This document shows positions 25,801 to 37,096 of a stretch of 64,000 bases of DNA, one piece after another. This DNA comes from Nemertoderma westbladi (lineage: Eukaryota; Animalia; Xenacoelomorpha). The stretch spans positions 1 through 64,000 of the forward strand of contig JAUCBJ010003667.1 of assembly GCA_032718475.1 (NCBI GenBank). The letters are read 5' to 3'. The notes under the pieces are model-generated. The model was not told where the DNA came from, made no database searches, and saw only the letters and a list, made by a program, of their open reading frames with translations. The translations under genes and the position numbers were made by a program. Numbering within the stretch: the stretch's first letter is position 1; every line of letters starts with the position of its first letter.

Positions 25801-26682
25801 ATAAATGATGCTAGAAATCGGATTTCAAATAATCCTTCAATTGAATTCAAAAATGTAAATCTATTTTATGACAGTAATCTTCCATCAGTTTTAACTGATG
25901 TTTCTTTTCATGTTAAACCTAAAGAAAAAATAGGGATTGTTGGTCGCACTGGTGCTGGAAAGAGTTCCCTTGTAGCTGCACTTTATCAACTGACTGATAC
26001 GACTGGTACTATTTTAGTTGGAGGATGTAATACTGCCGATTTGCAATTACAGGATTTACGCAAATCCATGTCAATAATTCCACAGGATCCAGTGTTGTTT
26101 TCTGGTACATTACGCTACAATCTAGATCCATTTACTGAATATTTAGATTCCCAAATTTGGAGTGCCCTGAGAAACTGTAAATTGTATGACCTTGTGAAAG
26201 AACGATCCAATAGTCAACTACCTGCGAAAACTGATGGTTCCTCTGATGACATTCAGAATTCCCATCAAAATGATGTCAAATTAACACTGCCTGTAAAAGT
26301 ACCTTGTGAAGAAGATGATGATTACAATGGACTGCAGTCAAAAGTTGATGAATATGGTTCTAATTACAGTGTCGGTGAGAGGCAGCTCATTTGCCTTGCC
26401 AGGGCGCTTTTAAGGAACAATAAAATTATTGTTGTGGATGAAGCTACTGCCAATGTAGACGCCACTACTGATGGGATTATCCAAGAGACCATTCGAGATA
26501 AGTTCTCAGATTGCACTATACTTACAATCGCTCATCGTCTAAACACAATTATAGACTCGGATAAGATATTAGTGATGGATGATGGCCATTTAGTGGAGTT
26601 TGACGAACCTTCCAAGCTACTGGCTGATGAGAATACCCGCTTCAGTTCAATGTATAGAGCTACTCATTCAATTGTTATGTAA
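22810..26682 (+). pseudogene. ABCC4: ABCC/MRP4-like ABC transporter (TMD1-NBD1-TMD2-NBD2); one large exon with a +1 frameshift at ~24387; N-terminal exon not seen
   Basis: NBD1 GEFGSGKS, LSGGQKARISLARA, LLDDPL|SAVD; NBD2 GRTGAGKS, IIPQDPVLFSGTLRYNLDPF, SVGERQL, DEATANVD, TIAHRLNTIID. Splice acceptor TTATTTCAG at 22801-22809. Subfamily is secure; exact orthology is not. Confidence 0.9.
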
Positions 26683-27225
26683 TGAATAGTATGCCATTAT
26701 TGCATACGATACTACTTTAGATGAGATAACCTAGTTACATGTAATCATGTAGGAGGGGCCTAATGTTGATTTATGTTATATATCATTATTATTACATACT
26801 ATTAATTTGATTAGATACCGATATGTTAAATAGCATAAAATGTTGAGCGTGTTCTTTCCTATACTAAAATTTAGTATTAAATAATTGAATGTAGACACTC
26901 CCAACTCTAATTTTTCTAATTTTGACATTCTGAAAATTATTGTAAAAATTATTAACAAAAATCGTTATGTTTCTGGAATGTCAATAACTGACCTTCACAT
27001 TTCTTATTGCCAGATGGTTCTCATAAAACAAAATCATATTGATCAGTTCTACAATTGGAGTGACCCATGATGCTGGGTTTTGGCATTAAACTATTGCCGA
27101 TGGTGTACACTGCCAATTGATTGATTAATTCAGCTTTTCATTCTATGCCATGAAAAATTATCTAATGGCAAGAGCCTAGAGTCCCATTAGATTATCATAT
27201 TATGAAAAATGATAACATCCTGGAG

Positions 27226-27834
27226 TGTGATGGGAGCAGAGGATCCCGACCGGTTAATTTTAGTTACGCGTCAGCATCACCGTGTGAATGGAAAAGAGTT
27301 TGTTGTTGTTCCAATATTGTTGATAAAGTCCAAATATAATACACGATATAGAGTATGATAGCACAGTTTAGTATATGAAGATAATATTGTTATGTACCGG
27401 TAAATTGACACACTGTATGATTGGTGACGGAGGTGACGGTACTAAAGTGTCACCGTACTGTCCTAAGTGACTGAGATAACTGAATAGGATACAAACACTG
27501 ACCGGTAATATATTGATTATCTACTCTACTTGTGGCCTTGTTACTTAGCGGATGCATTTTCCTTGTCCCCCATTGGCCAATAACCTAATTCTCGGCTCCC
27601 ACCTCTGTGGGAGTGTCCCCCCCCCCCCCCCCCCCCCACTGCTGTCACGTTCCCTATCCAAGAGGTTTGACCTATAACCTCTTTTGTGTGTGGCTCTTTG
27701 GGGCCGTGTGTTGTCCCCATTTTATTGGGGGTGATACGAGGTTGATTGTAATCAACCGCGTACTCCCCAATATTGCTTAAAATGCCACTTCCCAACTTTA
27801 TGGGGTTGGTGGAGCGGAATTGAATCCGCTCACA
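27226..27834 (-). repeat. LTR (609 bp) with adjacent polypurine tract; 3' LTR of a minus-strand element
   Basis: TGTGA...TCACA termini, followed by a C-rich tract at 27835-27847 (PPT on the minus strand). Homologous motifs to the solo LTR at 412-956. Confidence 0.8.
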
Positions 27835-28622
27835 CTCCCCCCCCCCATGCTATCTTCCCGGTGAGAAGATAGCATCACCAACGAGTGCGCTTCAATTATG
27901 CTGGAAGCCGATCTCCTATTGGGTGTGAGGTGGAGTTCTCTTTCTTGGAGCCGGCTTTCCAGGCCGCTCCCTATGGGTATGATATTGCTACCCTCTCTTG
28001 GTGCAACTTCACCTATGTCGCACCAAGACATCTGGCGTCTCGGGTCGAGACAATTGTGGATTTCTCTCACACAATTTTATCTCCCCACTACTCTCTCCAC
28101 TCTAACTCCGCTCTGACTGACTCTAACTTCTCCACTCTCACCCTGATTCTCCTCTACTTTTCTTCTACCTTCACTCTAACTGTCGGACCACCTGTCCCTC
28201 ACTCTGCCTCTTACTCCTCCCCCCCCCCCCCCCCCACCACGCTTGAATTGCACTCGCCTTCTCTCCACGCGTTCTATACTCGTCTACTATTAACCCATTC
28301 ACTCCTGACGAGCCTCACCCTCCCCTTCTGTGCCGTCGCACTTAAGAAGTGTGAAGTCGTCTAATGCCTCGTCCTGTCATAGTCAATTGGTCCCCAGTCC
28401 TAGTAGCTAATTGGAAAAGGTTATATGACTATAGTACTTACTTTGATTATATTTGCTATATGACTATATACTAATATGATTATTACATACGTACATACTA
28501 ATTGCACTTTTAATTAAATTTGCACTTAGGATAGGAGTTCGTATTACTTCACATGTGGTGCCTTCCAGGCATCCCCACATCTCCCCCTCTAAGTTCTAGT
28601 ACGCTCCTCCTGACTTTGGGAA

Positions 28623-31220
28623 TCATCTCAGTTCCTTCCCTCTGTCGTCCTCCTCCCTCGGTCGCTTCCTGGTCGTTGCCGCTCCCTTGTTCTTATCCCC
28701 TTTAAGGTTCCTGATCCTTGCCGTCACCTCTCTGCTGATTCCCGTCGTGGACTCCTTGGGCGCTGGTGTGATTAGCTCCCGGTATCGCTTCGCAGGTGGC
28801 CCCTCCGAATGGCCCTGTTGTTTCCCCCTAGTGGCGTCCCATAGGATCACCTTCATAGCCCGCGGCACATGCTCCGCCAAGAAATCTCTGAACTCTCCCC
28901 AGTTCTGTGGCGTCCACCTGTCTAAATACCTCTGTGTATTTATCACTCCGGCATACGACGCCGCCGTGGACACTTCCTGATAAGTAAATGGAAGTCTACG
29001 TTTAATGATTTCCAGGTGAGCCTCCTGGTTGATATTAAAGAAGCCCCACCGGAATTCATGGGCCTTCATCCGCTGCTGCGTCATGGTGCCGACATCGGCC
29101 CATCCTCGAAGATCCTAAACTTCTCCTCGTCGTCCATCCAGTCGCACTGGCATCTGTAGTGCCCCTGGAAGTTGCACTTAGAACACCGGTTGTGCAACCG
29201 CTGACACGCCCCCATCCTATGACTCGACTCGCGGCAGTAGAGGCAACTCGTCCCTTTCTGGAATCGGTACAGGCAGCTCCTTTCCTGGTGAGTTTGCCTC
29301 CTGCAGTAATCGCAGCCGAGTACCAATGCCTCCCGCCCCACGTCGTCTTTCGTCCCAAGCGATCTCCTCGGTCTATGGAGTCGCTGGTAAGCGAACTACT
29401 GGACGTTAGCGTCCCTGTCCACGTCTATCTCCTCGCCTTGCCTGGGCATTGTCTCTCCGAATACTACCCGTGGTGCCGTTCCCGGTTGCTCGCCCAACCT
29501 GATGGTGCTCCCCGCGAAATCCATCGCCGGCTCCTCATGCACCCAGGCCCGCTTGCCGGGTCTATTCCAGAAGGCTCTCGCCCCGCTGGCCATCACCACT
29601 CTCCCGCCAACCCAGTCCGTGTCTGAGTGGCTGATTCTCCCGATGGGCGGTATCTCTCCGAACTCGTCGTCATCCTCGTCCTCCTGTGGGAGTGGCTCCA
29701 AACCCGGTATCCCGGTGGATCCACTGTGTCCCTTCCCACCTTGGCTCTCGCCCGTGACTCTCCATCCTTCCAGTTCCCCTGGCCTTCTCTCCGCGAAATC
29801 GCCCTCAGCACCCGCTGTCGTCTGCAATCCCGATGTCGACTGTTTCGGTGATCCTACCGTCCACCCCAATTCTCGCCCTAGAGACTCGCCCGAACTCCCT
29901 GATGTCCAGTGTAGATCGTCTAAGGCCGCCTGTTCCTCGAACCCGTTACCCTCTCCTTTAGCTTCCGCCTCCCTTTCTTCTGCCTCCCTCCTTTCTCGTC
30001 TAACGATTTCTTCGAATCGCTTCGCCTCTCGTCTATCCGCCTCTAGCTGCTCCCACCTCTGATATGGCGTATCCACCTCCCTGTCTACTAGATATCGGCA
30101 GTTATAATATACCGACTCGCCCTTCAGCCCCGGGTGGTCTACCAGACCCTCGAAAGAACCTTTGAAGGCTCTTCTGTAGTTCAGGGGTGACCCCGATAGC
30201 AGGAATGCCGTTGGTTCTCTCTCGACAACCACGGCCATGAATAGGTTTAGCAAACCTATCATTATCCATTCCTCCTGCAGGATATATCGCTTCTGATATA
30301 TCTTTATCGCTCCTCTCCGGAATTGATACACCTCTTGCTTCCCCGGTCTCGCTCCCCACTTGAGCGAGTTCGCCAACTCCGCTCCGTACTCCTCCCTGAA
30401 TTTACCCCAGTCCATTGGCTTGTGGCATACGAGCCCCATTAGCTGGCCCATCGCCACCGCTCCACAATGGCCCGCATTCTCTACTAGTCCCAACCCGTCT
30501 GGCGCTGTCATAGCCATGTAGACCGTTTGCATATCCAGGAGGTTGGGGGTCTCCGGACCTATGATCGTTGGGGGTCTCCGGACCTATGATCCTCTACGCA
30601 TCGTCGCGGATCGCCGATCCCACCTTTATCGTCGACTTCTCTCTTACTAGGCTCTGCACTGCCTTTGGCAACCGGTTTAACTTTGGCCCGTTCTTCTTCC
30701 CATACATTCCCAGGTCGAACAGGAATATATCCCCATTTGGCGCGGCCAAATGCAGGAGTATGGTTCTGGCCGATCCCGCCGACCCTCTTCTCGAACCTTC
30801 CTCATCTTCCACGGTCCCCTCATCGTCTAGGACCATGTATCCTCCCCTGCTGACGGACTCTACGAACCTCTTCCAGTCCTTTCTCGGTGGTTCCTTTGGA
30901 TACTTCGGTATCCCGAACTTCGCCTCGTCTCCCTTTACCACGTAGTGGAAATGCTTGAAGATCGCGTTGTCTAGCGATGGTGTCCCGTAGGTCCCGACCA
31001 GCTGCTGTTCGTGCACCTCCCTGAAATGGTCCTGCAGCGCTCGTGCCTTGTGACCCTTCTTTGACCGCTCATAGTATCCCCTCGTCTTCTCTTCTGGATG
31101 CCTTTCGGTGAAATCCATCAATATCTCCTTTCCTCCCAACTCCGCCTTTCTCTTTCTAACAAGTTTCTCCACCATTTCGAACTCTCCCGATCGCTCACCT
31201 ATAAGGTGGGGCCTTGCCAA
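28623..31220 (-). pseudogene. Accessory ORF: DEDDy 3'-5' exonuclease (WRN/EXD2/mut-7-like) + charged linker + three CCHC knuckles; disrupted
   Basis: YMVLDDEG (ExoI), LLHLAAPNGDIFLFDL, LPKAVQSLVREKSTIKVGSAIRDDA (ExoII), LLDMQTV, YQKRYILQE (ExoIII-like), plus three CX2CX4HX4C. Lesions: two TAG stops, a 25-bp tandem duplication (30542-30591) and one inferred 1-bp frameshift near 29100. Confidence 0.75.
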
Positions 31221-31690
31221 GGCACAATATAAGTGAGTGATGTAGTTAGGATGGTCTGTACGGTCCGATAATGGCCTATCTCTCTCTGAATGCTAGGTTA
31301 TTGCCTAATTTTCCTACTTCTATTTTCTAAAAGTACCAAATTTACTAAATTCCCTAATTTTGTCAGTTACTTTAATTGTGTTCTGGAATATCTTGCCTAC
31401 TGTTACCATAATTTATTTAATTTTATTTTTAATATTTATTTTAATCCTACAACTGTGCTATCAGTATCTACTAATGGATTATTTCTTCTTTTAATCCATA
31501 TTCTGGCCTACTCTATGGGCTTGTGCAGTACAGTAGTATGTCTCGTGTGGCCTACACGATCTGTCCTGCTGTACCCACGTGCCCCCCTCTCGCTACTCAC
31601 TACTAACTCTACTAACTTTCTAACTAATTTCTACTAACTCTTACTATATACTACATACCCTCCTACCACTAACTCTTACTACTAACGGTA

Positions 31691-33230
31691 CTACACGTAC
31701 CCTCTTACTAACTCCTCTACTAACGTATGTCTCGCGATATCGTTGGGATCTGGGAACATTGCTTCTGGAAGAATGTTGGTTTTGGGTCTTCCGAGTAGAT
31801 GGTTAGGTGTAAGAGGCTCCAGATCTGTGGGGTCGTCGTGAATAGGTACGATGGGCCGGTTGTTTAGGGTAGCCGTGATCTCGCAGAATGTTGAGAGGAG
31901 GGTGTCGTGGATTACCCGGGTGTCCCCTAATGCGACGCGCATGGATCGTTTTACCAAGTCGATGAGCTTCTCCCATACCCCGCTCGTATGGGGTGCTAAG
32001 GGTGTTTGGAAGTGCCACTGTATATGGTGTTCCCTCCAGACTTGGGATGTGGTGTCTTCGGTGAACCATCCTTCGATCGCCTCTCTAAGTTCCCTTTCTC
32101 CTCCCACGAAGTTTGTACCATTATCGGAGTACATATGACGACATGTTCCATTGTTTGCTACGAACCGACGCAGGGCGTTGATAAATGCGTGTTGTGTAAG
32201 GTTCACTACGAGGTCTAGGTAGATCGCCCTAGATCTAAGGCATGTAAAGATGGCTCCCCAGCATTTGATGTTGGATCGTCGCTCCATGACTGTGAATGGT
32301 CCGAAACAGTCTACTCCGGTTACGTAGAATGGCGGGGAGTCGGACTGCAGTCGTGTGGCCGGTAGGTCGGCCATTCTTTGTGTGAGCGGTGGCGCTAGGT
32401 ATCTTCTGCAAGGAAAACAACGCTTTAACACTTTCCGGATCAGTGGCTGGATGTGGGTGATCCAATATCTTTGCCGTATATTAGCCATAATCCAGTTCTG
32501 TCCACTGTGACACTGTTGGATTAATAGCTTGGCTAGTGTTGACGTTCTGGGCAGAAGCGCTGGGTATTTGACTTCGTATTCAACCGGGGCATTTGCCATC
32601 CGGGTATTCAGTCGAATCAGTCCGTCTTCTCCCATCATGGGTCTCAATTGATATACTGGGCTGTCCGGTTTCAAGGTCTTGCCCGCACTGAGTTGTTCCC
32701 ACTCATCGGGGAAACTTTCTTTCTGGACATATCTAACAATACACTTCTCCGCAATAATGAGTTCTTGTATACTTCGTCGAACTACCGGTTTGTTGTCCTT
32801 CCACCGCAGGAAGTTGCGAAGAGTTATGACATGGTGGATGAGACGTCTCATTGAGGAGGTTCGCGCTATCAATAGTTGTAAAGACGCTGCTGGTTGCGTG
32901 ATAGTCGCGATATTATAGTGCCTGCCCGAGTCCTTTGCAGGCTCGGTCAGACAACTATAGATCTCCACTGTGGCGCTTCTATGGACTTTACGGATCTCCT
33001 TGTCATCTTCGGAGTATTTTCCGCTATCTAGTTCGGGATCGAATCGGGTGCTCCAGGTTAATTGTAGCTGCTGTAGGAATTCCGGGCCTGTAAGCCAGAG
33101 TTTACTTTTACCGAGTTGTCGTGGGGTGGCGCCTCTGCTCGATAAATCCGCTGGGTTTTCTTTCCTGTTCTGTTCTCAGCCGGTGCACTGTTTTATCTCA
33201 GTGGCTCGGTTCGCTACAAACGTGGTGTGT
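31691..33230 (-). pseudogene. Bel/Pao RNase H tail + integrase (C-terminally truncated)
   Basis: TFVANRATEI, ENPADLSSRG...LWLTGPEFL, RQRYWI...CFPCRR, MADLPATR, TGVDCFGPF, MYSDNGTNFVG, GVWEKLI, LNNRP...PLTPNHLL. Confidence 0.93.
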
Positions 33231-33299
33231 CACTGTGGTGGTGAATGGAGGTCGGTCACCGAACAGTAACCCACGGATGTTGCATTCTCTTCAATCTGG

Positions 33300-36200
33300 C
33301 ATTTAGGGAGATATGTATAGGTGTCAGTAGTCTTTAATGCCGCATAATGTCCATCCCATGATGGTGCGTTCTGCATAAAAGACGTCGTTTGGCTTTACGG
33401 ATCGGGCTACGTCTCCGGTTGGTATGTGTAACTCCGGTGTGTCAAGTCCGATTAGTAGGGTAATTAGGTTCACGTCCAACGGCGGGCATCGTAGATCTAC
33501 ATCTTCATGGTCTAGCTGTATGAGGGGTGTGTATTCCGATGATTGTTGGAACTACACTCGGAGATCGGTGTGTACCAGAGCGTTCTTGATCGTCAGTTTG
33601 ACCGTCTCATATCCCTTCATAACCCCTTCCATCTTGAGTTGTACCTCCCCGGACTCCACTTCTCTATGGTCGGTAATAGTTTGTATGGGCCGCTTGCAAG
33701 GCTCGTAATCTAGGCCTAGTTGTTCGAGGAAATTCCGGTCGATAATGGTTCCGTCCAACCCGTTGTCAAGGAATGCGAGCGTTGTTAAAGATTTCCCGAC
33801 CCCTTGAATTCTTACTGGGATCACTTTGGCGAAGACCATGTAATGGCGGTTTATAAGATTGATCGTAGCCGAGATATTTGTCATATGTGATGCATCGGTG
33901 GAGGTCTTAAACGGATTGGTTTCCCTCCGTTGAATTGTCCGGGTACCTTTAGAGACGTGGTTCGTCTCTCCTCTCCGTTTGGATTCGATCCGGAACAGGA
34001 GTGTGGTAAAATCAAAGTTCGCAGGGATGTGGAGGAGTGTGTGATGACGTAGGTCATTACAGACCGCGCAGCGCGATCTTTGGTCGCAATCCCGAACATA
34101 GTGACCTGTTTCAAGAGACCGGAAGCATCCTCGGTGTTTCATTATCGCCTCGAAGCGTGGGACGAGTTCAGCAAACTGGAACTTTCTGCAGAATTCCACC
34201 TTATGTTTCTCTCCGCAGAAAAGACATAGAAGGGAGGTTGTGGTGCCTTCCCTCTTGGGTGCCCAATTCGCTAGATAACACACCCATTCCTCGGCTGATG
34301 TTGGTTCCTCGTAGTCCTCGTCGTCGGAATCCTCGGCCATGGTGATGGCCATCGTACTCACCGGAGGGGGGGCGGAATCTCGGTTTCGGAGTGGGTTCCC
34401 TGCTCCTGGAGTTGTTCTCTATTCCATCTAACTTGGAGAGACTTTGTTTGGAGAACATCGAGTCATTCATGGCTTCGGAGATATCGTCTAGGAATGCCGA
34501 CATTTCGAGGAAACTGGGATCTCGATCTGGGTGTCTGCGTCGGAGATCTATGCATTTATACGCCCACTTGCTTTGCAGCCATCCGGGGAACTTTCGGGCA
34601 ATCTGTTGGAGGTTTAGAATGTTGTTTACTTGTTCCTCCTTATTTAATGGTTTTAGAGTGTAGTAGGCATCTTTCATGGAATCCGAGAACTCCTGGATAT
34701 TCTGTGGGTCCCCTAGGGATCCAGCGTCCTGTATCAGTTTCTCGAGAGTTTTATTAATTATAGTTCCGATATTTCCGTATCTTTTGTCTAGAGTTTTCCA
34801 TGCGTCGTAGTACGCTTCATGAGATCCTCCCTCGAAACATTTAATGATTTGACGTGGTTTGTCACCCAGGTATTGGGATAAATATACCAGTTTTTGTGCG
34901 TCAGTTATATCCGTTGACCCAATCTGAGCGAAGAACCGTTTTTTGAATCCGAGGTAATCGACGGGGTCTCCCTCGAAGGTGCGGATCTCCATCTTGGGCA
35001 TAGCCAGGCGGTTTTCCAATGCTCGGATAATGCCGACGTCGTCTGAACTGGAATGACTAGGAGGATTATAGTTATTAACACTCTCTCCCATGCACGATGG
35101 GTCGATGAGAGGTGGAGTTTTAATGATGACGCGGTTACAGATTTGTGGTGTGGATGTAAACGGATTGTTGGATCGAGGGGTGGCGTCCCGTTCCGAGTCC
35201 TTTTCAGGCTCTTACTTGGGAACGCTCGGTGCCGTGGGGTTGGATGGGAAATAAGGTTCCTCATTCTTAAGCGTAACTGGTGGGGGATGGAATACCGGTG
35301 CTTGTGCCGATAACGTAGACTGTATGGTTGGCGGGAACTCGGGTTTTGGAGGTTTCGCCGCCGGTGGCGTAAATGACTTCTCTAATTCCCGGACCGGGAT
35401 TGGTTCATAGTTCTGTTCTATACCCCTTTCCCAGTCCTCGTATAGTTGAAGATCCCGTTCTATGAGTGCGGCTTCGTAGTCCGCGAGTTTCGCAATATCC
35501 GCATTCTTTTTATGGATGAGAATCGTTTGGGCCTCGGCATGTTGTTTACGCATTTCTGCCTCTAGTTTACATTGTTCGGCCTCTTCTTCAGCCTGTTGTC
35601 CGGCCTATCGTTTACGTTGTTCGGCCTGTTGTTCGGCCTCTCGTTTACGTTGTTCGGCCCGTTGTTTGGCCTCTCGTTTTTGCATTTCGGCTGCCAATAC
35701 ATCCTGTTCGATCTGCAGTTGGACATATTTGTCTTCCATTCGAGCTTTAAGGGCCAATGCCCTTTGTTCTCGTAGCTGATCTCGGAGTGGCTGACCCCCT
35801 TGAGAACTGCGCGCTGAACCGGATATCTCGCTACTAGCGCTGGAGTGCTGGTGCCTCGAGGACCCTGTTCTCTTTCGATGGATTGCTGTCCTGGTGCTGG
35901 AGGTCCGCACCGATTCTGCGTCTGTCCTTTCAGTTCTCTTATAGTACTGTTCCTCGTAGCCTCTTACGAGGCTGAGGGTCCTCCGATGTTGTTTGCGGAA
36001 CTCATCCAGATGTACAACGTGTTCTTCCAGTCTGGGGTAGTTTACCTGATCTGTTGCGGGAATGAGTTCTTGATATGATTGTATCATCCGTTCGTATTGT
36101 TGTAAGATACTTCGGATATTCTGTAGCTGAGTCTGTATCTCGTTGAGGGGGGTTTCGACCCCCCTTAGTTGTTTCTCTATACGTTGATATGCTCGAGTGA

Positions 36201-36318
36201 CTCCACCTTTGAGAGCGCCTAGTCGACGGGCCATGTTCTTTACGTTCGGTACCTCGTCCATTTCTGAGTCTGTGGGGCGGTCCATCTCATCGGTGTCGGA
36301 GACGTTATTCGTCGTCAT
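33300..36318 (-). pseudogene. Bel/Pao gag-protease of element 2, with several frameshifts and stops
   Basis: LPKMEIRTFEGDPVDYLGF...KLVYLSQYL...AWKTLDKRYG; CLFCGEKH, CAVCNDLRHHTLLH; protease AFLDNG; ERTIMGWTLCG. Confidence 0.9.
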
Positions 36319-36740
36319 TCTAGCGCCTCGTTGATAGCTAGATATGCGATATCGTAATATAGTTCTTCGTAGGTCTTGTATTCAGCCTGGACTACCCGAA
36401 CGGTAATCCTGAATCGTCCAACGTTTGTTCATTGTACTTCGACTTCGACGTGCCAGATTCCTGGCTCAACTTGGATTATATCAATGGGTGTGATCGATAC
36501 TTCCATTCCATTCCCTCCACGACTCTCTATATGTGATCTGCTGACTACGAGTTTTTTAATTTGAGTTTGTAATTTGATCGAACCACGGCTTTGTCTTAAA
36601 TCAAATACCAGAGTTTCCTCGTAGTGGGTGCTGGGTAAGCATGGAGAGAGTTTGAAGAGTATTGTAGGATTCCCAACTTCCACCAGTTGAAGTTGGCCGC
36701 GTCTTATTCTCAATTTTGTTGCCATTATTCCTGACACCAT
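36315..36740 (-). pseudogene. Small ORF upstream of gag (~141 codons, one internal stop), unknown product
   Basis: ORF 36429-36740 continues in frame past TGA to ...YYDIAYLAINEALE*; its stop overlaps the gag start (ATGA). Confidence 0.5.
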
Positions 36741-37076
36741 GGGGGAAAACGCCGATGCTGGAGGCGGAACTTTTCAGACCACGGAATCCCAGCCAGTCAC
36801 CGGATATTGGTAGAGGAGAAGGAATACTTTCTTGAATGCAAGATTGCGGTTGAGAAAAGTTTCATTGGTTGGATATAATCTTTAATGTAACTTCCCTACG
36901 GTTGAATCTAATCTCACTGAACCTTGATTGAGAATAAGTTGGGCTTCCCCAAACCAATATACACCAAATATTCACAATAATATAACACGACAATATAAAT
37001 CCCTACAGTACATTATTTAATTACCCACTGTTCGCTCAGATTTTAACCTAACTAATGTTCCCCAATTTTCCCTCGG

Positions 37077-37093
37077 TCCTAGTCTCGGTACCA
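37077..37093 (-). promoter_or_regulatory. Candidate primer-binding site (tRNA-His-like)
   Basis: TGGTACCGAGACTAGGA versus tRNA-His PBS TGGTGCCGTGACTCGGA (14/17); lies 3 nt after ...GACA. Confidence 0.5.
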
Positions 37094-37096
37094 TAG

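Noticed and set aside
29159-30062. Plus-strand ORFs opposite the exonuclease/CCHC ORF
   Set aside because: Antisense shadows of GC-rich coding sequence, with no motifs.
28623-31220. env gene
   Set aside because: No signal peptide, fusion-protein Cys pattern or C-terminal transmembrane anchor; the motifs fit a nuclease plus zinc knuckles.
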